Virus record (IMG/VR): IMGVR_UViG_3300020202_000071
Coordinates: 1,754 to 65,753 of that record
DNA length: 64,000 nt
From: a virus
Taxonomy: Duplodnaviria > Caudoviricetes
Reading direction: 5' to 3' (one strand)
This document shows, one piece after another, positions 45,136 through 53,734 of this stretch. A program made the position numbers and the translations under genes. How positions within the stretch are numbered: the first letter of the stretch is position 1; the number at the start of each line of letters is the position of its first letter. The notes beneath the pieces were generated by a model that was not told where the DNA came from, did not search any database, and was given only the letters and a program-made list of their open reading frames with translations.

Positions 45136-45812
45136 TGACGCGCTACGACCTGATCACGAACTACCGCGCCGGGGCGTCCATCGAAGAAATGGAGCCGAGT
45201 GACGACGGCGAATGGGTGCGCTACGAAGACGTTGAAGCCGATCTCACCCGTCTCCGCACCGAACTGGACGCGATCTCCGCACTGGTATCTCCGCATGTGG
45301 ACGCCGATCCGACCGATACGGTCGTGGACCGCGTGCGGTTACTGCGGGAGTTGCACGAGGACGTGCTCGACGATGCGCGTACCAATCGGGGCAACGTGAT
45401 CCGCTTGGAAGATATGTTGACGGTCGAGCGGCAGGAACTCACCCGTCTCCGCACCGAACTCGAACAGGTAAAGGCCGCCGCGGACGCCGAGATCGCGGCG
45501 GAAAAGGACCGCAACGCCAAAGTCCGCGTGAAGATCGCAGCGGCCTTACAGGTGCGCATTGGCGAACAGGAATGGGACGCCGCCGAGCGTCTCCGCAGCG
45601 AACGGGAGGCGTTGATCGGGTATGTGCAACACAAGCCGGAGTGCGAGATGACGCCCGGAGGCCCGCACAAGATGACCGGCGGGCGAGGGCTTTGGTGGAG
45701 CATCAACGGCACCGTCCGCGAGCAGCGCGATCCAAACGGCCCAGAAATCGTGCGGCGAGCCGTCTGCACCTGCGGGCTGGATCGCCTCACCACGGGACAG
45801 GAGACGCCATGA
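45135..45812 (+). CDS. Mosaic coiled-coil hypothetical protein
   Basis: DGEWVRYED motif; LTRLRTEL repeated; H...C...CTCGL. Confidence 0.6.
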   Translation: MTRYDLITNYRAGASIEEMEPSDDGEWVRYEDVEADLTRLRTELDAISALVSPHVDADPTDTVVDRVRLLRELHEDVLDDARTNRGNVIRLEDMLTVERQELTRLRTELEQVKAAADAEIAAEKDRNAKVRVKIAAALQVRIGEQEWDAAERLRSEREALIGYVQHKPECEMTPGGPHKMTGGRGLWWSINGTVREQRDPNGPEIVRRAVCTCGLDRLTTGQETP

Positions 45813-45817
45813 GCGCG

Positions 45818-46075
45818 TCACTCGGAGGGCGGATGCTGATCGCGGCGTTTGGCCCACCGGGCCTGGACGAGGGCTCTGGCACGCGCGGAGCGTTCCGCGG
45901 GCGTGAGCTGCGCATGGCTACGGCGCCCGCCGGCGGCGCGGGCGTCGAGATGGTCGAGGGCGATGGTCAGGAGATCGATCGCCGCGGATGGCAGCGATCG
46001 ATTGTGGGACCGGGCATAGGCGCGGAGGCGGGCCACCAGATCAGCCGGGACGCCGCGGAGCATGAGGGACGGCAT
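45818..46075 (-). CDS. Ribbon-helix-helix (Arc/FitA-like) protein with basic tail
   Basis: MPSLMLRGVPADLVARLRAYARSHNRSL; AAGG.....LTPAERS..AR....ARW. Confidence 0.7.
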   Translation of the reverse strand: MPSLMLRGVPADLVARLRAYARSHNRSLPSAAIDLLTIALDHLDARAAGGRRSHAQLTPAERSARARALVQARWAKRRDQHPPSE

Positions 46076-46291
46076 CTACAGCACGCCTTCGGCGCGGAGA
46101 TGCTGCTCGGCGAGGACGCGGAGGCCGCTCTCGCGATGCCTGGCGTCGGCGGTCTGGCCGATCAGGACGGGGCGCTGCTCAGCGGCCGGGATGGTGCTGC
46201 GGAGGGTCAGGTAGACCGGGGCGCTGGCGTTGGTCAGGTCGGCGTCGATGTCGCAGGTCAGGCCGTCGATGTCCATCTGGTAGGTCGTCAT
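46076..46291 (-). CDS. Hypothetical protein
   Basis: Abuts the RHH gene; downstream of a leftward promoter. Confidence 0.55.
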   Translation of the reverse strand: MTTYQMDIDGLTCDIDADLTNASAPVYLTLRSTIPAAEQRPVLIGQTADARHRESGLRVLAEQHLRAEGVL

Positions 46292-46360
46292 GGTCTCGTC
46301 TCAGCTCTCTGCCCCATCTCGGGGCCGGCGTCGATGCTGTCCATCAGCACCGTATGAGAG

Positions 46361-46390
46361 AGTATACGGACTAGCGCGAACAATGTTCAA
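46361..46390 (-). promoter_or_regulatory. Sigma70-like leftward promoter TTGAAC-18-TATACT with GAACA(A)TGTTC palindrome
   Basis: Read on the minus strand in an AT-richer gap. Confidence 0.6.
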
Positions 46391-46632
46391 GCGAAACCAT
46401 AGGCGAAACGCACGATTTTACAAGTGGTAACGCAGTGGACCCCGGAGACCCCATGAGCGAGTGGCAACCGCGTGAGAGGGACTGACGTGCCCAACATGAC
46501 ATCCAGCATGCCGTTGTGGACCCCATGAAGCCTGAGACCTTGATCGCGATGGCGTTGACGGAAGCGTTGGATCAGCAGCGCACGCCGGGTAAGGGGCTAG
46601 CCTCAGCCGTGCCTTCTTTGCGAGACTGAGCC

Positions 46633-47181
46633 GTGGAGCAGTTTGCCGACAGCTACCGCCTCGCGAAAGAGCCGCAGGCGCTGGTCGAGCGGTTACGGCT
46701 GCTGCCCGAGTTCGCGCACCTGCGCGGATCTCGGATCGTGTGCGTGTTCTCGGAACGCGTGCCGATGCTCCGCGGGTTCCCGTGCGCGGCCTTCATTGGC
46801 GAGCCGCGCGTCCAGGGCGCGTTTCGGCCGTTGTTTGACTGGATGGTCGCGCAGCTCTGTCGCCCGCTGTTGGGCGCGGAGGACCCGGAGTTTCTCGTGA
46901 TCGTCGACGCCGCGCTGTGGCCCTCGCTCGAGAAGGTCCAGCGCGAACGCCTCGTCTATCACGAGCTCTGTCATCTGAAAGCCAAAGAGAACCCCGAAAC
47001 TGGCGAGCCACGGCTACACGAAGACGGCCGCCCGCAGCTTCAGGTGGTGCCCCACGATGTCGAAATCTTCGAAGCCGAAGTCGCCCGCTACGGGCCGGAA
47101 GTCTGCGACCTCGACGCGCTCTGCACGGCGATCGTCGAGGGGCAAAAGCGCGCCCGCAAGCGCGCCGGCGCCGTCGCCTGA
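46633..47181 (+). CDS. Putative phage metallopeptidase
   Basis: LVYHELCH...PHDVE.F...ARYG. Confidence 0.8.
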   Translation: MEQFADSYRLAKEPQALVERLRLLPEFAHLRGSRIVCVFSERVPMLRGFPCAAFIGEPRVQGAFRPLFDWMVAQLCRPLLGAEDPEFLVIVDAALWPSLEKVQRERLVYHELCHLKAKENPETGEPRLHEDGRPQLQVVPHDVEIFEAEVARYGPEVCDLDALCTAIVEGQKRARKRAGAVA

Positions 47182-47638
47182 CGTCCTCCCGGCGGAACTG
47201 ATTGGTACACAAAGCGATACAGCGCAGGGTGTCGTCGGATTTGAGCCGTCGCACCAGCAGTTCCGGTATCTCTTGGAGCTCGAAGAGGCGCTTGAGCAGC
47301 GTCGCCCGGTCACCGACAGCGCCATCTGTAAGGCAATGAAAATGAGCCGGTTGACGCTCTGGGAGTGGAAGCAGGACCCGGGCTTTCGCGCCTGGCTGCG
47401 GGCGAAGCTCGATCAGACGAGCGATGAGCACTGGCCGCTGATCCTGCGGCGGCACGAGCTGCTGGCGATCCAGGGCAGCGTGAAGAGTGCGGAGTTCATC
47501 GGGAGGGTGCGGTCGCTCGGGCAGCGGGGCGGCGGGTTCAACGGCGACGAGACGGTGATCAACGGGGATGTCGTCGCGAACTACAGCGTCAATTTGCTGG
47601 TGCCGCGGCCGCCGGCGCTCGAAGGGGCGACGTCATGA
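47057..47638 (+). CDS. Terminase small subunit-like HTH protein
   Basis: ICKAMKMSRLTLWEWKQDPGF...AIQGSVKSAEF. Start is uncertain. Confidence 0.6.
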   Translation: MSKSSKPKSPATGRKSATSTRSARRSSRGKSAPASAPAPSPDVLPAELIGTQSDTAQGVVGFEPSHQQFRYLLELEEALEQRRPVTDSAICKAMKMSRLTLWEWKQDPGFRAWLRAKLDQTSDEHWPLILRRHELLAIQGSVKSAEFIGRVRSLGQRGGGFNGDETVINGDVVANYSVNLLVPRPPALEGATS

Positions 47639-50033
47639 TCGGTGCGTCCATCGAATTGCCGACCGTGCGCATCATTCCCGCGACCCGCACGCCGCTGACG
47701 GGCGTCTACGTGGAGTATCACGGCGAACCGCAGCGCCAGGCACGCATTGAACGGGCGGTGGTGCCGGAGGACTTCATCATTCGCCTGCCGGATGACTGGC
47801 TATGCCTCGACGACCTGCAGGCGATTGCCGACTACGTCGCGATCACGGAAGGGCGGCCGATCGCGGCGATGACGATGCGACACGAGTTGCGCCGGAACGT
47901 GCTAATCCTTTACGAGCAGGACAAGCGCGCGTGCGGGCGCAGCCTGTCGGGATGTGTGAGCGGTGAGTTGCCGCTGCTGTCCGACGCGACCTACGCGCCG
48001 CGCGTCATCACCGTGCGATTGGAGCAGCGATCGTGAAGCTCGAAAATGAAGCGCTGATCGCCAGCGGCGCGCTTCTGACCTGCGACGGGTGCGGCAGCAA
48101 CGACGAGGTCATCCTGAAACGCCGATCGGACCGCGAGGGCTGGTTCTGCACGCTCTGCCGGCGTGCGGACATTCGGCGCCAGTACGCTCAGGTAGAGCAG
48201 ACGTTGCTCGGCGCGGCGGTCGGCATCCTGCGGAGGCTCTTTCGATGCTGACGACACGTCGAGGATTCTTTGGGCTCATCGCCACGCTCGTTTCGTGGCC
48301 CCTGACCAAGCTCCGAGCCCACGCGAACGCTGTAAACGGCCTCCGCACAAGCGAAGAGACGGGCGAAAGGCTTATTGACGGCACAACCGTCCTTGGCCGT
48401 GTGCACCGCGCGAGCGATGGCACCCCACTGCTCATCATCGACACGTTCGCGCCCACGGGGGCGGTCTACAGTGGCTCGTTAATCGTCGGCGGTGACGTCG
48501 TCAGAACGGTCAACAACCTGACCGAGTCGATGGCGGCCGCGCGCGAGGACGACGGCGACGACCTCGTGGACCGTGCGCAGTTCATTGCCGGCTTGCGGTT
48601 TGTTGCCTGGCGCACGCTGCATCACGTGTTGCCGCTCGAGGAGCGTCGCGCGATCGCGCGTCAGGCGAGCACAGCGCCGCGGCAGATGCCGTGGGTGACG
48701 GCGCGGGGCGAGTCATGAGCGCGCTCGCCACACTGCACTTCGAAGATTGGCCGGATTCGAGCACGATGATCGTTGTGCGGCCGGCGCCGTCCGGCGTGAC
48801 TTACGCGAATCAGACAGACGGCATCATGTGCCAGCACCGCGACGTCGAGGGATACGTCGAATCGGTGCTGCCGCTGCCGCGTGATGTTAAAACCTGCTGG
48901 TGCGGGCCTGATGCGGGTTGCCCGGAGACACTAATTCACCACCTGCGCTGCTACGGCTACGAACTGGACGGCGCCGATCGCGGTGAAGAGGGTTGGGTCA
49001 AGACGCGCTGCGGCGCGATCGTCTTGACGCCGAACTGCGATTGACGCCATGAAGCGCCGCACCTTCCTCGAACTGTTGACCGCCGCGGTCACGAGTGCGT
49101 TCGCCGGGCCGCTCCTGCCGTCGCTGACGTTGACGCCAGGGATCAAGTCTCGCGGACTCGATGAGCCGATGCCGGAGCCGACCGGCGGCGAGTACCTCTA
49201 CATGAGCGGCAGCGACGCGTACCGCGTGTATTTCACCGACAACACGTCGGTCGATGTGCCAGGCATCGAGATTGCGCGGGCACGCCGGCACGGGGACGCC
49301 AGTCAAGTCCGCGCAATGCTGCATCGCCTCTGGCGTGAGCAGCGGCAGGCGAGGTTGGCGTTGTGACCGCGCGGTGCTCCGTCTGCGGCCACGTGGCGCG
49401 TCTGCCAATCTTGCAAGTCTCCGCGCTCGGGGCGTGCATCCTCTGCCCTGATCAGCAGATCGCGATCGAAGAGTGCTTGCAACGTCGTCCGCCGGGTCGT
49501 CCGTGGTGGGCGTTCTGGCGTCGCCGTGTGCCGATGGAGGTGTACCTCGATGCACTGTTCGAGGCATTGCCGTGGCGGTTCACAGAAGTCTCATGACCGT
49601 CCGCGAGTGGTTCCGCGAGCTGCGGCGATCGCAGCCCCCGTCCGTCGAACTCCGCGAGTTCTGCGAGTCCCTTGTACGGGACGATGTCGATCGCCACGCG
49701 CGTGAAGCGCTCTTCCTCCAGGTGCTCATCGCCGCTGGATTGATGGACGATCCGCCTGGCGCGTTGACGTGGCACCGACTGCTCGCCGGCAGCAGCATCA
49801 TGACCGGCGCCTTGCAGCACGGCCGCGATGGCGAACCGCGCCTCGTGCTGCCGCCGCGGCCGCGCCTAGTGCCCGATGCGGACTACCCGCTCGTCGGGGT
49901 GTGGGTTACGGACCCTGATGAGCCGACGCTGCGTGACTTCGCCTCGGCAGCCGACTACGGCGTGCGCGATGCCTACGTGGCCTACTTGCACTTTCGTCCA
50001 GGAGTTTCGGGAGATCCGACCCCGGATTCGTGA
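47635..50033 (+). CDS. Cluster of small coupled hypothetical genes between terS-like and terL (47635-48036, 48033-48251, 48245-48718, 48715-49044, 49049-49366, 49363-49596, 49593-50033)
   Basis: Chain of ATGA/GTGA overlaps; two genes have twin-arginine-like leaders. Confidence 0.55.
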
Positions 50034-52597
50034 GCGGCAAGCGCGCAAAGCACGCGCGTCGGCTCGCCGCCCTCCGCAAAGGCTTCCTCTGGGGCTATCT
50101 CCACCCCTCTGGCTCGTGCCTGCACGAGCCGCCCTGTACGCCCTCTCGTGAACGCTGTCAGCCCCAACCCAAACAGGCGATCGCCCACGCGTCGACCGCA
50201 GAGGTCCTGTTCTACGGAGGCGCCGTCGGTGGAGGAAAAAGCGAATTCGGCCTGATCGAGGCGATCACGATCTGCCTCGAACACAAGAACGTCAAGGTCG
50301 CGTTCTTCCGCCGCAAGCTGCGCGAGCTTGAGCAGGAAATCATCGGGCGCTTCCTGCTGCTGGTGCCCGATTACATCGCCACCTACAACGCCAGTACGCA
50401 CGTCGCGAAGTTCTGGCAGGGCTCCGAGCTCTGGTTCTGCCACTGCCAGCACGAGAAGGACGTCTACACCTACCAGTCGGCGCAGTGGGTGGCGCTCTTC
50501 ATCGACGAGAGCACGCACTTCACCGAGTTCATCGTCCGGTATCTGATCACGCGCGTCCGCTCGGCACGTATCGGGATGCGGAAGCGCATCCGCCTGATGT
50601 CCAACCCGGGCGGCGTCGGTCACGGCTTTCACAAACGCTGGTTTATCCGTCCGGTGCCCGACGAGCTCGGCACGCGTCCCGCGCCGGCGCCGTTTGCGAT
50701 CTGGCGTCCGCTGCCGCTGCCGAACGACCCGACCCCACCGGAGCATGTGCCGACGCGCCAGTTCATCCCGGCCTGGTTCCACGACAACGTGGCGCTCGCG
50801 AGCGCGGACCCCGCCTATCTCGCCAAGGTCTGGGCGCTCGGGGGTGACAAGGCGAAGCAGCTCGCCGAGGGTGATTGGGACGCCAACGACTCGATGATTG
50901 TCGGCTCGACGTGGCGTGAGAAGCGGCTCGTGCAAGCGAGCGATCACGCGCTCCTGGCCCTCGGGCTGAAGGTCGGCCAGATCATCCCCTGGCACATCAT
51001 CCCGAACCCGCAGTGGAAGCCACCGAAGGGGGCGACGATCTGGGGGAGCGTCGATTACGGCTACGGCGCCCCGTGGGCGTTCCACCTACACGCGGGCTTA
51101 CCGGGCGGCCATATCCGCACGTTCTTCGAGTTCTACATGCCGAAGAAGCGTGACGTCGAGCAGGCGCGCATGATCGCCAAAGTGCTGCGCGAGAACCACT
51201 GGCAACCCGAGTGGATCGTGATGGATCCGTCGATGTGGAACTCACGCGCCGAACAGGGGCTCGCGAAGTCGATCGCCGAAGTCTACGCCGACGAGATCCA
51301 GTCGATCTGCCAGCTGCGCAAGGGTGCCGCCGGTCGATCAGCCCGCGTGTCGCGCCCGCAACGGTGGCTTGCCGCGTTGCAGCCGGCCGCCGATGGTCTG
51401 CCGAATTGGACCGTCACGACTGCCTGTCCGGATCTCATTCGCACCGTACCCGACGTGCCCTGGGATCCGGAGGACCCGGAGGTCGAGGACGATTCGAGCG
51501 AGAACCACTGCATCGCCGCCGGCACCCTCATCGACACGAGTGAAGGTCCGAAGCCGATCGAGCAGATCATCGCCGGCGATCTCGTCCTGACGCGCAAAGG
51601 CTACCGCCCGGTGCTACGGGCCTGGCTCACGAATCCTGATGCCGAAGTCCTTGAGGTGACATGTTCGGACGGTCGCGCGTTGCGAGCGACGGCGAATCAT
51701 CGCGTCTTTGAAAAGAATCAAGGATTCATTGAATTTGGAGAATTAGCCGAAGGCTTCATACTGCATAATCACTCAGAGATTTCGCGATGGTTGAAGGTCC
51801 GATCGTTATTTCAGACACCGCGCAGGAATGGCGTGAAGTGGTCTATTACAAGTGCGGTCGCTACTTTGCGCGCCGCGGCTACGGTCGGTTGCACCGGCGC
51901 GTCTGGCGCGATGTCTACGGGCGCATCCCCTACGGCTGTCACATCCACCACAAGGACAACAACCCGGCGAACAACCATCCGTCGAATCTCGAACTCCTCC
52001 ATCGCAAGCAGCATTTGTCGATGCACAGCCGCAATCCGACGGAGCGGCAGCGCGCCGCGCGCCGCGAAAACCTGCGATACGCCTCGGAGATCCGCATGGC
52101 AAGACCGAGCATCATCGTGGCGTGCTCGCATTGCGGCGAGCCTGCAGCAGTGGCTGAAGGGCAACTACGCGTTCGCAACTACTGCTCACGGCAGTGCCGG
52201 TGGAACGCCTTCGATAAACGCCAACGCGATGCGCAGCCCGCGCGTGAGGTCATCTGCGCCGGCTGTGGGAAAGCTTTCCAGACCAAACGGCGCGGCAAAC
52301 GCTTCTGCGGGGACGTCGCGTGTTATTACCGTGCGGCCAAGCGGGCGAACAGCGGTGTACGACCTGACGGTCGCTGACGCGCACGAGTTCTTCGCCAACG
52401 GCATCCTCGTTCACAACTGCTACGAAGGGGTCGGGCGCTTCTTTGAGGCGCGGCCGTTCGTGCCGGCGCCGGCCCCGTTCGATCCGTATGAGGGTCTCGA
52501 CCCGATTTCGCGTGCGCATCACGAGGCGCTCGAGAAGAAACATCGCAGCCGGGTCGGCGGGGCGATGGGGATCGGCAACCTGGCGAATCAGGGGTGA
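50030..52597 (+). CDS. terL: Terminase large subunit with intein
   Basis: YGGAVGGGKS Walker A, FIDES Walker B, SNPGGVGH, LAEGDWD and VDYGY nuclease motifs. Confidence 0.95.
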   Translation: MSGKRAKHARRLAALRKGFLWGYLHPSGSCLHEPPCTPSRERCQPQPKQAIAHASTAEVLFYGGAVGGGKSEFGLIEAITICLEHKNVKVAFFRRKLRELEQEIIGRFLLLVPDYIATYNASTHVAKFWQGSELWFCHCQHEKDVYTYQSAQWVALFIDESTHFTEFIVRYLITRVRSARIGMRKRIRLMSNPGGVGHGFHKRWFIRPVPDELGTRPAPAPFAIWRPLPLPNDPTPPEHVPTRQFIPAWFHDNVALASADPAYLAKVWALGGDKAKQLAEGDWDANDSMIVGSTWREKRLVQASDHALLALGLKVGQIIPWHIIPNPQWKPPKGATIWGSVDYGYGAPWAFHLHAGLPGGHIRTFFEFYMPKKRDVEQARMIAKVLRENHWQPEWIVMDPSMWNSRAEQGLAKSIAEVYADEIQSICQLRKGAAGRSARVSRPQRWLAALQPAADGLPNWTVTTACPDLIRTVPDVPWDPEDPEVEDDSSENHCIAAGTLIDTSEGPKPIEQIIAGDLVLTRKGYRPVLRAWLTNPDAEVLEVTCSDGRALRATANHRVFEKNQGFIEFGELAEGFILHNHSEISRWLKVRSLFQTPRRNGVKWSITSAVATLRAAATVGCTGASGAMSTGASPTAVTSTTRTTTRRTTIRRISNSSIASSICRCTAAIRRSGSAPRAAKTCDTPRRSAWQDRASSWRARIAASLQQWLKGNYAFATTAHGSAGGTPSINANAMRSPRVRSSAPAVGKLSRPNGAANASAGTSRVITVRPSGRTAVYDLTVADAHEFFANGILVHNCYEGVGRFFEARPFVPAPAPFDPYEGLDPISRAHHEALEKKHRSRVGGAMGIGNLANQG
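51509..52417 (+). mobile_element. Intein (303 aa) in the terminase nuclease domain
   Basis: Block A CIAAGTLI, block B ATANHRV, blocks F/G VYDLTVADAHEFFANGILVHN, +1 Cys. Confidence 0.95.
51787..52377 (+). CDS. HNH endonuclease with Zn fingers, nested out of frame in the intein
   Basis: LHRRVW...G.IP.GCHIHHKDNNPANNHPSNLELL...H...H; CSHC, YCSRQC, CAGC and FCGDVAC. Confidence 0.9.
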   Translation: MVEGPIVISDTAQEWREVVYYKCGRYFARRGYGRLHRRVWRDVYGRIPYGCHIHHKDNNPANNHPSNLELLHRKQHLSMHSRNPTERQRAARRENLRYASEIRMARPSIIVACSHCGEPAAVAEGQLRVRNYCSRQCRWNAFDKRQRDAQPAREVICAGCGKAFQTKRRGKRFCGDVACYYRAAKRANSGVRPDGR

Positions 52598-52783
52598 CAA
52601 GGGGGGGTGACAATCCGCTGGCTGACCCGTCGAGCTACTACCCCTTGTATTCAATCCCGGCTGTTTTGCTACTCTGCCGTGGGGGGAGCGAGCCGGGACA
52701 TTCCCCGAGGCGACCGTGCTAGCACACGGAGAATCGACGGACTTCCGGCTCGCGCCTTTTGCCCGATCTCACCCGGACAACCT

Positions 52784-53257
52784 ATGGGCCTAGCCGAACG
52801 CGTCAGCCGTCGCAGCGTCGTGAAGACCGCCGAAGCCGCGGCGATGACAGTCAATCAGTGCGTCGCCGCAGTCAACGAGCAGGCGACGCACGTCGCCGCC
52901 GTCGAACGCGAGATCAAGGACGTGCGGTCGACGATCGATGCGCTTCGCGCGCGCCTCGAAAGGCACCAGAAGGACGCCACCGAGCGGATGGACGGCCAGG
53001 GCGGGATGCTGCTCGTCAATGAGAAGGCGATCGCTGACGTCAAGAAACGCATCGTGCCGATTGAGCGCGCGCTGTTTGGCGGGTCCGAAGCCGAGCGTGA
53101 GCTGCTCGATACGCACACGGCGCTCATGGATCGGTTCTATCGGCAGTGCCGAATGTTCGACGCGGCGATGGACGACCTGCGCCACGGGCGCATCGTGCTG
53201 TCGAACGTCGGCTTCTTCGGCCGGCTACGGTTCCTGCTCACCGGGAGGGCTTCGTAA
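52784..53257 (+). CDS. Coiled-coil hypothetical protein
   Basis: C-terminal FFGRLRFLLTGR amphipathic tail. Confidence 0.6.
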   Translation: MGLAERVSRRSVVKTAEAAAMTVNQCVAAVNEQATHVAAVEREIKDVRSTIDALRARLERHQKDATERMDGQGGMLLVNEKAIADVKKRIVPIERALFGGSEAERELLDTHTALMDRFYRQCRMFDAAMDDLRHGRIVLSNVGFFGRLRFLLTGRAS

Positions 53258-53428
53258 GTGGAGAAGATCACGATCCCCGCCGGCACGGTCGTCAAGATCA
53301 ACGGTATTCCGCTCGAACTGACGTCGGATACCGAGATGCTCACGCACCGCGCCAACGCCGAACTGATTCGGCCATGGTTTGGTGAGCCGAAGGACGAGAC
53401 GCCGCGCATCCAGCGGCAGGGCGACTGA
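53258..53428 (+). CDS. Hypothetical protein (56 aa)
   Basis: GGAGG RBS; abuts both neighbours. Confidence 0.5.
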   Translation: MEKITIPAGTVVKINGIPLELTSDTEMLTHRANAELIRPWFGEPKDETPRIQRQGD

Positions 53429-53734
53429 ATGTTCACGCGCCTGCGCCTCGCGTTCCGTGCCCTGTTCGGGATCGCCGATCCCGCACCGGTGCCGTGTGCG
53501 CGCTGCGTGGAACTCGCCCAGGAACGCGACTACTGGAAAGCGCGTGAAGAGCGCACCGCCGATCGACTGCTCGAGCGCCAAGGTATTGCGCCCGTCGCGC
53601 AAACGCCGGCGCCGCCGCCCATCAATCCGATGGCGCTCGCCATGCACGCCATGACCATCACCGAGATCGACAGCACGAAAACCAAGTCACCGCAGCCGGG
53701 CCGGGATGCGATGACCCGTGGAGCCGCGCACTGA
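53429..53734 (+). CDS. Hypothetical protein
   Basis: CARC plus coiled coil; precedes the portal gene. Confidence 0.55.
   Translation: MFTRLRLAFRALFGIADPAPVPCARCVELAQERDYWKAREERTADRLLERQGIAPVAQTPAPPPINPMALAMHAMTITEIDSTKTKSPQPGRDAMTRGAAH

Noticed and set aside
51758-51775. ILHN as the end of a mini-intein
   Set aside because: It is followed by His rather than Cys/Ser/Thr and has no block F before it. The true end is VHN/C at 52417.
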